Source of the DNA: Bacteroidales bacterium
Lineage (GTDB): Bacteria > Bacteroidota > Bacteroidia > Bacteroidales > UBA1556
Direction: 5' to 3'
Length of the DNA stretch: 56,658 nt
Assembly: GCA_016937295.1 (NCBI GenBank)
Contig: JAFGWF010000143.1
Span: 1 to 56,658 of the forward strand
The position numbers and the translations under genes were made by a program. Positions 27,218 to 36,700 of the stretch are shown here, piece after piece. The notes beneath the pieces were generated by a model. That model made no database searches. It was not told the origin of the DNA and was given only the letters and a program-made list of their open reading frames with translations. How positions within the stretch are numbered: position 1 is the first letter of the stretch; each line of letters begins with the position of its first letter.

Positions 27218-28108
27218 TTAAGAAAAACTTTGTGGCAGCAAACCCGAAGCAAAAACAAACCGATTTTTTTCGTTAATATCCTGTATTAGAGCTATCTTCT
27301 TATAATAAGGACGAAACAAATTTGCCGTTTTCTCACCTAGATTTTCATTGATTTCCAACAACACCTGACCATTTGGCTTTAGATGAGATAGGGAGAAATC
27401 CAAAATCGCCTTATAGAAAAGTAAAGGATTCTCATCAGGCACAAAAAGAGCTAATGAAGGTTCAAAATCAAGTACGTTAGATTTCATAAAAGTTTTCTCC
27501 GAATCAAGCACATAAGGAGGATTTGAAACAATAATATCCAAGTCTGAAGGTAATAATTGCCAAGAACTTGTATTTAAAAAATCCAAATTAAAAAACTGAA
27601 TATCAACACTATGATAATTCGAATTTTTACGAGCAATATTGATGGCCGCGGAGGAGATATCAACAGCAGAAACGGACGCATCTAATAAAAGGGAAAGCAT
27701 TATGGCAATGCAACCTGAGCCGGTGCCGACATCTAAAATCTGAGGTTTTGAAACAAAAGCACTGGAATTTTTCCAAAGAAAATCCACCATTTCCTCGGTT
27801 TCAGGGCGTGGAATAAGTACCGATTTATCGACAAAAAACCGATGTTCATAAAATTGAGTTTCGCCGATGATATATTCAATAGGCTGATATTCTGCAAGTT
27901 TCTTAACTCCAAAATGAATATCCAATAAAAGAGACTCCCCTACCCGCTGATCAGCGACAAGGTCAGGTACTTTATACGTTTCCACATTTAAATAATACGA
28001 AATCAAGCGCTTAAGCAGAATTTTAGCCTCAGTTGCCGGATAACCTTTGGAAAGTATGTCGAAATAATAGGAAAAAATATCCCCGATGCGATTTGATTTA
28101 ACCTTCAT
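27218..28108 (-). CDS. prmC: peptide chain release factor N5-glutamine methyltransferase
   Basis: 296 aa with the SAM motif ILDVGTGSGCIAI and the NPPY tetrad (IIVSNPPYV). Confidence 0.85.
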   Translation of the reverse strand: MKVKSNRIGDIFSYYFDILSKGYPATEAKILLKRLISYYLNVETYKVPDLVADQRVGESLLLDIHFGVKKLAEYQPIEYIIGETQFYEHRFFVDKSVLIPRPETEEMVDFLWKNSSAFVSKPQILDVGTGSGCIAIMLSLLLDASVSAVDISSAAINIARKNSNYHSVDIQFFNLDFLNTSSWQLLPSDLDIIVSNPPYVLDSEKTFMKSNVLDFEPSLALFVPDENPLLFYKAILDFSLSHLKPNGQVLLEINENLGEKTANLFRPYYKKIALIQDINEKNRFVFASGLLPQSFS

Positions 28109-28396
28109 TTAATATAGAAATGTAACGAATTAGTATTTGCATTAAACAGTCAAAAACATGACAAAGTTAACTTTTTGTTATAATTGGGCTAACATATTAT
28201 TCTACTGATTTTTCCATAAAAACACACCCAAAGATTGATAAAAATCAAAACCATTTATGTAAGATTTGTAATGAACATAAGCCCCTGAAAAAAGGCAAAA
28301 AAACACATTTATATAACTGATTATCAATTTATTAAAAACATATTTATATGATACACATATAATTCACCAAAACAAGCAGCAGAAAAGAATAAATTC

Positions 28397-28404
28397 TAAT
28401 TTTG
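28397..28404 (+). promoter_or_regulatory. -7 promoter box TAATTTTG upstream of the proline dehydrogenase gene
   Basis: Exact TAnnTTTG match 72 nt upstream of the ATG at 28476. Confidence 0.35.
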
Positions 28405-28475
28405 TGCACTTTGAAAGACCTGAAAAACAGGTTGTCAGGATAGATATTGAAAACACGTTTACAAATTGGAGCAAT

Positions 28476-29645
28476 ATGAAAATAGATTTTAATAATACGG
28501 AAGTAGCTTTCGCCCCAAAATCGAATGCTGATTTAAGAAAGGCGCATATTTTATTCAAAACCATCGCTAACCCGGGGGTAGTAAAAATGGGAAACGGGAT
28601 GCTTTCCTTAGCTATAAAGATACATTTTCCCATAAATTGGATTGTAAAACCAACGGTTTATAACCATTTTGTTGGAGGTGAAACCATTGAGGATAGTAAA
28701 GTTACCATTTCAAGAATGGCGGAATACCATGTTAAATCCATTTTAGACTATTCCGTTGAAGGAAAGGAGGAGCCGGAAGATATTAAGTTAGCTTTTGAAG
28801 AAACGAAACGTGCAGTGCGAAATGCAGGAGCCAATCCAAACATTCCATTTTCGGTATTCAAACCAACAGCAATGGGTCGCAGCATAGTGTTAGAAAAGGT
28901 TTCATTAGGAATGAAACTCACTGAAAAAGAGAAAGAAGAAGAGCAAGCCTTCCGCACCAGAGTTCATGAGTTATGCTCAATAGCGGCTGAAGTTGGCGTT
29001 CCAATACTTATTGATGCAGAGCATAGCTGGTATCAAAATATCATTGATGAGGTATGCAATACCGAAATGGCCATATTCAACAAGGATAAAGCTATAGTTT
29101 TCAATACATTTCAGATGTATCGCCACGACAGATTAGAATATTTAAAAAAATCCTATCAAATGGCGATTGACGGAGGTTATCATCTTGGAGCCAAGTTCGT
29201 CAGAGGTGCATATATGGAGCGTGAAAGAGAAAGAGCTGCACTTAAAGGTTACGAAGATCCAATTCAGCCCGACAAAGAAACCACGGATCGCGACTACAAT
29301 GCCGCATTAAAGTTTTGCGTTGAGCATATCGACCGCATTGCGATTTTCAATGGAACACATAACGAGTACAGTTCACAATATCTTGTAGATCTGATGATTG
29401 AGGCCGGGATAAAACCAAATGACGATCGTTGTTGGTTTAGCCAACTATACGGAATGAGCGACCATATCAGTTTTAACCTCGCAAAAGCAGGTTATAATGT
29501 TGCCAAATATTTACCTTACGGTCCAGTTAAACATGTTATGCCATATTTGTTAAGGAGAGCTGAGGAAAACACAAGTGCCGCAGGGCAATCCGGTAGGGAA
29601 TTGACTCTAATTTCTGCTGAAGTTAAGAGACGAAAACTTAAATGA
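28476..29645 (+). CDS. proline dehydrogenase (monofunctional PutA-like)
   Basis: The ORF track begins with GTG at 28404. The ATG at 28476 gives MKIDFNNTEVAF, a typical start for the ~390-aa Bacteroidota enzymes. It has a TIM-barrel signature: ILIDAEHSWYQ, FNTFQMYR, GAKFVRGAYME and YLLRRAEENTS. Confidence 0.85.
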   Translation: MKIDFNNTEVAFAPKSNADLRKAHILFKTIANPGVVKMGNGMLSLAIKIHFPINWIVKPTVYNHFVGGETIEDSKVTISRMAEYHVKSILDYSVEGKEEPEDIKLAFEETKRAVRNAGANPNIPFSVFKPTAMGRSIVLEKVSLGMKLTEKEKEEEQAFRTRVHELCSIAAEVGVPILIDAEHSWYQNIIDEVCNTEMAIFNKDKAIVFNTFQMYRHDRLEYLKKSYQMAIDGGYHLGAKFVRGAYMERERERAALKGYEDPIQPDKETTDRDYNAALKFCVEHIDRIAIFNGTHNEYSSQYLVDLMIEAGIKPNDDRCWFSQLYGMSDHISFNLAKAGYNVAKYLPYGPVKHVMPYLLRRAEENTSAAGQSGRELTLISAEVKRRKLK

Positions 29646-29660
29646 TAGCCAGATATTTTT

Positions 29661-29668
29661 TATCTTTG
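29661..29668 (+). promoter_or_regulatory. -7 promoter box TATCTTTG upstream of the CAP-domain lipoprotein gene
   Basis: Exact TAnnTTTG match 46 nt upstream of the ATG at 29714. Confidence 0.45.
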
Positions 29669-29713
29669 CGCCATTATTATTAAACACAATATTATTTATA
29701 AACACTTAATGTT

Positions 29714-30745
29714 ATGAGAATGAACAAATTATTAAATTATTTAGTCCTAATCCTTTTAGGAGGAAGTATAGTCTTTGTTGGCTGTAAGAAAGATGAAGAA
29801 GAAGAGCAATTAGAAGGATTGGATTTGGCAAAAAAAGAATATAACGATAATTATTTAGGCACGAAAGCAATTCCGTTGCAATGGTCGGGTGCCACTTCAG
29901 GATGTAATCCTGGCGACATCAATGCTACCGTTAGAGCCAATGTAATCAAGCGTGTAAATTATTACAGGAAGCTTGTAGGCTTACCAGCCAATGTTACGTT
30001 GAATACCAGTCAGAATCAGAAATGCCAAGAAGCAGCCTTGTATATGATTGCTAATCACACCATTACGCACTATCCCAGTGCCGGTGGCAATTGTTATACA
30101 GCAGGAGCAGCCGATGCAGCCGGACACGGAAATGTTGCCATAAGTTATGGCTCTTCAGAGTTAGAGGCCAATCATTCCGTTAATTCGGTAAGTGGTTACA
30201 TCGAAGACCCGGGCGCAAACAACCTTGCCGTTGGACACCGTGCATGGATTCTTTATCCACAATTGTCGGCAATGGGCACAGGTTCAGTTTTCAACCCAAC
30301 CGATCAAAACTGGGCAGCCAATGTGTTGATGTGGGGCGATAATTTAAATGGCCAACCCTATTCAGGTTATGTGGCTTATCCACCAAATGGCTATATTCCA
30401 AGTGCCTTAGTATTTCCACGTTGGTCGTTTCAAATGACAAACGCAAACTTCTCAGCAGCAACCGTAACCATGAAAGACAAATCCGGAGCAAATATTCCGG
30501 TAAATATTATTCATCGTGCTTCTCAAGGTGGTGCACCGGATGCACGCATCAACTGGGAACCACAAATTACTAATTTACCTGAAAGCATCACTGCTGATAC
30601 GGAGTACACCGTAACTGTTGCCGGAATTACAGGCGCACCACAAGCGTCTTACACTTATACGGTTAAGGTTTTTGCTGTACCTTATACTACAGCCAAGAGT
30701 TCTTCTAAAATGGGTCATAGAGAATTTCTTAGCTTACCAAAATAA
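29714..30745 (+). CDS. CAP/SCP/PR1-like domain lipoprotein
   Basis: 343 aa with a signal peptide and lipobox (LLGGSIVFVGC). CAP-like segments are VIKRVNYYRKLVGLPANVTL, QEAALYM and VGHRAWILYPQLSAMGTG. The C-terminal ~120 aa are unassigned. Confidence 0.55.
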   Translation: MRMNKLLNYLVLILLGGSIVFVGCKKDEEEEQLEGLDLAKKEYNDNYLGTKAIPLQWSGATSGCNPGDINATVRANVIKRVNYYRKLVGLPANVTLNTSQNQKCQEAALYMIANHTITHYPSAGGNCYTAGAADAAGHGNVAISYGSSELEANHSVNSVSGYIEDPGANNLAVGHRAWILYPQLSAMGTGSVFNPTDQNWAANVLMWGDNLNGQPYSGYVAYPPNGYIPSALVFPRWSFQMTNANFSAATVTMKDKSGANIPVNIIHRASQGGAPDARINWEPQITNLPESITADTEYTVTVAGITGAPQASYTYTVKVFAVPYTTAKSSSKMGHREFLSLPK

Positions 30746-30766
30746 TCCATTGAAATCTTAAAATAC

Positions 30767-30796
30767 AAGCTGCTTTTTTAGCAGCTTTTTTTTTTA
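30767..30796 (+). terminator. rho-independent terminator after the CAP-domain gene
   Basis: AAGCTGCT-ttttt-AGCAGCTT forms an 8-bp stem followed by a run of nine T. Confidence 0.8.
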
Positions 30797-30801
30797 TTCT
30801 T

Positions 30802-32433
30802 ATGTTATTCAAACCGAAATTTTTCACCTTACTGCAAACAGGTGTCTCTAAACAACAGTTAATCAAAGATTTACTATCTGGAGTTGTCGTTGGAATTGTT
30901 GCATTACCCTTAGCTATTGCGTTTGCGATTGCTTCCGGTGTTTCGCCCGAAAAGGGATTAGTTACGGCAATTATTGCAGGTTTTATAATTTCGTTTCTTG
31001 GGGGAAGTCGAGTTCAAATTGGAGGCCCGACAGGAGCCTTCATCATAATCGTTTATGGAATTATTCAAAACTACGGATTAGATGGATTGTTAATCAGCAC
31101 TGTATTAGCCGGCATCTTACTCGTCATTTTTGGATTCCTGAAATTAGGCAATTTATTAAAGTACTTTCCACATCCATTAATTGTAGGATTTACAAGCGGT
31201 ATTGCTGTGGTCATTTTTTCAACCCAGATTAGAGACGCCTTAGGTTTGGAAATTGACAAAATACCCTCAAACTTTGTCGATAAGTGGATAATATACAGCC
31301 AAAACCTTCAAAATATTAATCCTGCCGCATTGATAATCACCCTTAGCACCATTCTAATAGGCGTGTTTTGGAAAAAAGTTTCGACCAAAATTCCAGGTTC
31401 GTTCATCGCGATAGTGATAACCACCTTAGCAGTGAAGTTTTTAGAAATCGATGTTGCAACAATCGAAACATTTTTTGGAGAAATTCCACGAAATATTGCA
31501 TTTAACATACCGGAAATCAACTGGAATGACATACCGAACTATCTTTCTCCGGCCATTACGATTGCGCTGCTCGGAGGCATAGAATCACTCTTATCGGCAG
31601 TGGTTGCTGATGGAATGATAAGCGGCAAGCATAGGTCAAACACCGAATTGATAGCTCAAGGAATTGCCAATATCATAACGCCATTTTTTGGAGGAATTCC
31701 AGCAACCGGCGCAATAGCTCGCACAGCAACAAACGTTAAAAATGGAGGCAGAACGCCTATCGCGGGGATGACTCACGCAGTTGTGCTTTTACTTATCATG
31801 TTTTTCTTAGGCTCCTTGGCAAAACTAATACCGATGGCCACAATGGCCGGAATTCTGATTGTTGTGGCGTATAATATGAGCGAGTGGCGTTCCTTTGTTT
31901 CCATCCTTAGAGGTTCCTTTTTTGACATAATAGTACTGATTACCACGTTTTTACTCACCATCCTCGTAGATTTAACTATAGCAATTCAAGTTGGGGTTGT
32001 TTTATCTGCACTTCTATTTATGAAGCGAATGGCCGATATTGCCGAAAAGCGCATAACAAACACTGTCGATTCTGATATAATCGACAACTACGATAATCTC
32101 CCAAAAGGAGTTGCAATTTACGAAATTAGCGGTCCTCTGTTCTTTGGCTCAGCAAAAACCTATTCAGAAATAATTGAGGAGATAAGCATTTCGAATAAAG
32201 TGCTCATTATTCGAATGCGACATGTTTCTTTTATTGATAGCACTGGTTTTCAAAACCTTAAATCGACATTAAGAATCATTCAAGCGAAGGGTGTCTTGGT
32301 AATATTTTCAGGGGTCAGTGAAACACTTAGGGAAGATTTGGTGAAAAATGGCATTGAGAAATGCATTCCCGAAGATCATATTTTGGATTCGTTTGATAAA
32401 GCCATCAAATTGGCAGAAGAAAAAACCAAATGA
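30802..32433 (+). CDS. SulP-family anion transporter with C-terminal STAS domain
   Basis: 543 aa with about 11 TM helices (LLSGVVVGIVALPLAIAFAIASGVSPEKGL...) and a STAS domain (VAIYEISGPLFFGSA...IIRMRHVSFIDSTG). Confidence 0.9.
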   Translation: MLFKPKFFTLLQTGVSKQQLIKDLLSGVVVGIVALPLAIAFAIASGVSPEKGLVTAIIAGFIISFLGGSRVQIGGPTGAFIIIVYGIIQNYGLDGLLISTVLAGILLVIFGFLKLGNLLKYFPHPLIVGFTSGIAVVIFSTQIRDALGLEIDKIPSNFVDKWIIYSQNLQNINPAALIITLSTILIGVFWKKVSTKIPGSFIAIVITTLAVKFLEIDVATIETFFGEIPRNIAFNIPEINWNDIPNYLSPAITIALLGGIESLLSAVVADGMISGKHRSNTELIAQGIANIITPFFGGIPATGAIARTATNVKNGGRTPIAGMTHAVVLLLIMFFLGSLAKLIPMATMAGILIVVAYNMSEWRSFVSILRGSFFDIIVLITTFLLTILVDLTIAIQVGVVLSALLFMKRMADIAEKRITNTVDSDIIDNYDNLPKGVAIYEISGPLFFGSAKTYSEIIEEISISNKVLIIRMRHVSFIDSTGFQNLKSTLRIIQAKGVLVIFSGVSETLREDLVKNGIEKCIPEDHILDSFDKAIKLAEEKTK

Positions 32434-32443
32434 ATCAAGAAGA

Positions 32444-33049
32444 TTATTTAAGAAAGCGAGCCATTTCCGGACCTAAATTAAACAAAATATCCAAAGCACT
32501 AAGATTTGGAATGAAGCCTAATTTTGCATCAAATACTTGATAATAAGAACTAAAGAAAACATCTTGAGCTTGATTTCGATGGTGAAAGTCGTTTCTAAAA
32601 TCAGCAAAAGACAGGGTGTTTTTTTGAAAATCGGTAGTCAATTGATACTCTGAGCTTAAGGCTAGTTGTTGATGAATATATTGAATGAAAGACAAATTGA
32701 AATCAATTAAAAACTCATGATGTTTAAAGAATAAAACTTCAATTTCGTCTTGGTAATAAAGAAAAAAAGGGGAAGAATTATAAGCAGTTACAATTGACCT
32801 CCAGTGGTTTCGTTGCCAATTTTCATCATAACTAATGCGAATGTCTTTTGTGAGCGTATGATTTGCATACTTCTGAACAGGAACGACTAATTTTTGAATA
32901 CCATTTGGGCCGGCAATTTCGAAGCGATTGCGATATGTTTGACGTGGAAATGACTCAAAAGCCTCCAATAAAATAAAATTTGATTGAGACATAAGTTTCA
33001 AAAATTGGAAGTTAGGAATACAAAGAATGGGTAAAATAATTTTTTCCAA
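32444..33049 (-). CDS. WbqC-family protein
   Basis: 201 aa. The segment FESFPRQTYRNRFEIAGPNGIQKLVVPV and the N-terminal ILPILCIPNFQF match my recollection of the WbqC-like family. The start codon is TTG at 33049-33047. Confidence 0.6.
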   Translation of the reverse strand: MEKIILPILCIPNFQFLKLMSQSNFILLEAFESFPRQTYRNRFEIAGPNGIQKLVVPVQKYANHTLTKDIRISYDENWQRNHWRSIVTAYNSSPFFLYYQDEIEVLFFKHHEFLIDFNLSFIQYIHQQLALSSEYQLTTDFQKNTLSFADFRNDFHHRNQAQDVFFSSYYQVFDAKLGFIPNLSALDILFNLGPEMARFLK

Positions 33050-33084
33050 ATCTATTTAAGTAAATTAAAAGTTAGAATAATGTG

Positions 33085-33092
33085 CAAAATTA
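33085..33092 (-). promoter_or_regulatory. -7 promoter box TAATTTTG upstream of the WbqC-family gene
   Basis: The plus strand reads CAAAATTA, 36 nt upstream of the TTG start at 33049. Confidence 0.4.
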
Positions 33093-33240
33093 AAAATCCT
33101 TTAGAATAGCGATAAAAATATTTTGTTTAAAAATACCATTAAGAAGAGTATAAATTAAATTTATATAAAATACTGTTTTTGTGCGTGATAACTGCATATT
33201 TCAAAAATTTTCTTAAAGTAATATTCTATTACAAAAGGGC

Positions 33241-33276
33241 TAAAAGAAAGAATGCCCGGCTGGCACCGAGCATTCT
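33241..33276 (-). terminator. orphan rho-independent terminator with no upstream protein gene
   Basis: The minus-strand RNA forms AGAAUGCUCGG-ugccag-CCGGGCAUUCU, 11 bp including one G-U, followed by UUCUUUUA. The nearest minus-strand sequence upstream is non-coding. Confidence 0.6.
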
Positions 33277-33451
33277 AATAAAACCACACAAACACATAAA
33301 AAGGTATCAAATAATGAAATATTTGATATATTACGCTGATTACGTAGGATAATCAACGCTTCACATAAGTTGTAACCAAAACAAACTATATGAGAACAAA
33401 CATTAGGAAGGAATTTATGAACTTTTTGAGGTGAGACACCTCGTTCAAAGC
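33241..33451 (-). ncRNA. candidate ~200-nt structured small RNA, no family recognised
   Basis: On the minus strand it is bounded by a -33/-7 promoter pair (33457-33487) and an intrinsic terminator (33241-33276). It contains three further hairpins: 33428-33442, 33334-33358 and 33305-33328. The longest ORF is about 22 codons. Two stems have pairs that are G-U on the minus-strand RNA but C-A on the plus strand. Confidence 0.3.
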
Positions 33452-33456
33452 GGCTG

Positions 33457-33487
33457 CAAAAGTAATAGGTTTTTTCGATTCTCCAAA
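33457..33487 (-). promoter_or_regulatory. orphan Bacteroidota-type promoter: TTTG, 19 nt, TACTTTTG
   Basis: The minus strand reads TTTG (33487-33484), then 19 nt, then TACTTTTG (33464-33457). This matches the published Bacteroides -33/-7 architecture. No protein gene follows. Confidence 0.4.
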
Positions 33488-33778
33488 CCTTTTAACAAAG
33501 TTTTAAAGATTTTTTCAATAAAAATAATAAACCTATACTTATACAACAATTTGAGAACATAAAGTATTGATTTAATTAACATTGAGCAATTTAAGCAACT
33601 TTCATATTGTAAATAATATATAAATTTAATTAATATCAACTAAAAGTACAAGGTTCAATATGATAATTTTTTACGTCAACAGACACCCATAAAGCGTGGC
33701 AAATTGTCTGAAAATTATCTATACAATACGTTATTAATATTTATAATTTTACCTAATAATTTATTAGACATTATTTTA

Positions 33779-36700
33779 GTGAAACAAGCACTCAAAATCA
33801 TATTATTACTGCTTACTTTCGTCAATGCAACAGCGCATAACCGCGACACACTTACGTTTACAAATCCTGAATTTGTTGAGAATAAAGGACAATGGCATAA
33901 GCATGTGAGTTATTTTGCACGGCTATCCAACGGAAGTCTTTGGATGGAAAAAACCTGCATGAGTTTCGACATTCAGAATTCGGAGGATATTTCAAAAATA
34001 GCAAAGTACAAATCAGCATTTGGCAAAAACGCATCCTCGGGAATCACCCCCCCGAATCAGATTAGAGGACATCGATACAAAATACATTTTCTACAAGGAA
34101 ATCCAGACGTAAAAATCGAAGGATTCGGCGTTAAGTCTGATTATAATAATTATTTCCTTGGAAACGACAAGTCGAAATGGGTTTCAAAAGTTCCAAAATA
34201 CAACCTAATTATTTATCGAAATTTATATCAAAATATTGATTTTAAGTTATATAGCGATGATGGATTTCTGAAATGGGATTTTATAATCAAACCGGGAGGC
34301 AATCACAAAAGCATCGAATTATTTTATGAAGGAATAGATAAGGTTGCATTATTGAACAACAATTTATTATTAAAAACGAATGCCGGAAAGATTGTTGAGA
34401 TGAATCCTTATGCCTATCAGTGGGATGAAAATGGCAATCAACGGCAAATTGAATGTGCGTTTGAAGTAAAAAACAACAAAGTGCGCTTCAAACTTGGCCA
34501 TTACGACAAAAACCGCGAGCTTATCATCGATCCTATTTTGGTATATGCCTCATATACAGGAGCTGTAACAGACAACTGGGGCTATACAGCCACGTATGAT
34601 AATTATGGAAACATCTTTGGAGGCGGGGCGGTTTTCTCACCATACTATTATCCAACAACAGTTGGCGCTTATGACACGATTTTCAATGGAGGAGTAAGTG
34701 ACATTAGCATTACAAAATTTGACCCCACAAATTCACAGCTACTTTATTCCACATATCTTGGCGGGAGTGGCTCCGAAATACCAAGCAGTTTGATTGTCAA
34801 TACAGCTAACGAGCTCTTAATCCTAAGCACCACAGGATCAAATAATTTCCCTATGAGCAGTTTTGGTAACGACACAATTTTTGGTGGCGGAACAACAGAT
34901 ATTTTAACAAATTATATAACCTTTCCCAACGGAGCCGATTTAGCAATCACCCGCCTTAGTGACGATGGCACACAACTGTTAAGTTCAACATATTTTGGGG
35001 GTAGTGGTAATGACGGCATGAACTCCGATAACGTATTGAATTTCAATTATGCCGATAAGATTCGCGGTGAGATTTTAACCGACCACCAACAAAATATTTA
35101 TGTAGTAACGAGCACAAGATCAATCAATCTTCCGACAAGCACCAATTCGTTCCAAACTACTTTTGGGGGCAATCAGGATGGAGCCATTGTCAAATTCGAC
35201 AACCAACTTAGCAATATTATTTGGTGTTCGTATCTCGGAGGAAGTGCTGCCGATGCGTTATACTCCATTTCATTAACCCAAAGTGATGATCTCGTTTTGA
35301 CAGGAGGTACAAGATCGACAAATTTACAAACCACAGCCGGCGCATTATTTCCAACCTATAAAGGAGGAATATCGGATGGATTTGTTGGCATTATATCGCA
35401 GAATGGTAATCAAATCAAGTCTTTAAGTTATTTTGGGTCAAATAAATATGACCAGTCTTTTTTTGTGGACACCGACCGAAAAGACCATGTTTATCTCTAC
35501 GGGCAATCAGCAGATTTATCGGGATCGCTAAAATACAATGCTCTTTGGAGTACAGCCGAAGGAGGCCAATTCGTCAGCAAATTAACACCAGATTTATCTG
35601 CCTTAGTTTGGAGCACTACTTGGGGCACGGTTTCACCCGATTCAGTGGTTGATGTGTCGCCATCGGCATTTATGGTTGATTTATGCAATCGCATCTATAT
35701 GTCGGCATGGGGAGGTGATGTGAATTATTTTGGCACAACTGCCGGACTTCCAGTCACTTCCGGCGCATTTCAAACTTCCACAGATGGCAGCGATTATTAT
35801 TTTCTCACCTTAAAAGACGATGCAAGTGCAATTGATTATGCCACTTTCTATGGAGGCGCAATTTCTGCTGAACATGTTGACGGTGGCACCTCAAGATTTG
35901 ACAAAACCGGCAAATTATATCAGTCCGTTTGTGCTGGTTGTGGAGGCGGATACGACGATTTTCCTACTACACCAGGCTGTTATAGCCCTTTGAATAACAG
36001 TTCTAATTGCAATAATGCAGTCATCAAATTCAGCTTTTCGCTCCCTGTGGTTATTGCCGATTTTACAACACCAAATATTGGCTGCGCACCCTACACTATT
36101 AATTTCACCAACACCTCTTATATTACAACAACAAATGCCCAGTGCTATTGGGATTTTGGAAATGGAATAACCTCTACCAACTGCAATCCTTCCATAACCT
36201 ACACTAATGGAGGCGTTTATAATGTTACCCTAATCATTTCTGATACAGCAAGTTGCAATTTAGCCGACACCATCATTAAACAAGTTGCAGTAATCGAAGG
36301 ACACCGCGACACATTACCTGAAAAAGCTATCTGCAAAGGCGATATTATTCAAATTGGTCTTACTCCCATAAGCGACCCCAGTGCAACCTATCTTTGGAAT
36401 AATAGCAGTTCACTTTCCAATTCCACCATCAGTAATCCTTTTGCAAACCCCACAAATACAACTTTTTATTCGTTATTATTTTCCAATGGAATTTGCACTG
36501 ACACTTTAGTCCAAAAAGTTAAAGTCTATGATATTGATGCCGATGCAGGCAATGACACCACACTCTGTTTCAGCAATATAACCCTCACGGCCAAAACAAA
36601 TTACAGCAATCTTCAATACCAATGGTCATCGAACCCTTATTTCACCGACACGTTGAATTCAAACCCTTTCGACAGTTTACTTACAACTACAATTAACGGT

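Noticed and set aside
28364-28633. 89-aa minus-strand ORF spanning the prmC / proline dehydrogenase spacer
   Set aside because: It overlaps the 5' end of the proline dehydrogenase gene in antisense. It has no signal sequence or motif, and its composition is odd (MGKCIFIAKESIPFPIF...).
30253-30261. Perfect DnaA box TTATCCACA
   Set aside because: It is a single copy inside the CAP-domain coding sequence. There is no cluster of boxes or adjacent AT-rich unwinding element, so it is not an origin.
33572-33633. Two copies of the palindrome TTAATTAA (33572-33579 and 33626-33633), 54 bp apart, upstream of the adhesin gene
   Set aside because: In a spacer this AT-rich, an 8-mer made only of A and T is expected to recur by chance. 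There are no flanking conserved bases to suggest an operator.
33445-33639. 64-aa minus-strand ORF in the large intergenic gap
   Set aside because: The translation (MILIKFIYYLQYESCLNCSMLIKSILYVLKLLYKYRFIIF...) is what AT-rich non-coding DNA gives. It would also start upstream of, and run through, the putative orphan promoter.
33050-33780. Invertible promoter (inverton) controlling the adhesin, as in Bacteroides phase variation
   Set aside because: I looked for inverted repeats of at least 12 bp, separated by 100-400 bp, flanking a promoter, and found none by eye. Only short local hairpins and a 6-bp CAGACA...TGTCTG pair (about 33680-33710) turned up. A computational inverted-repeat search (for example einverted or PhaseFinder) would settle this.
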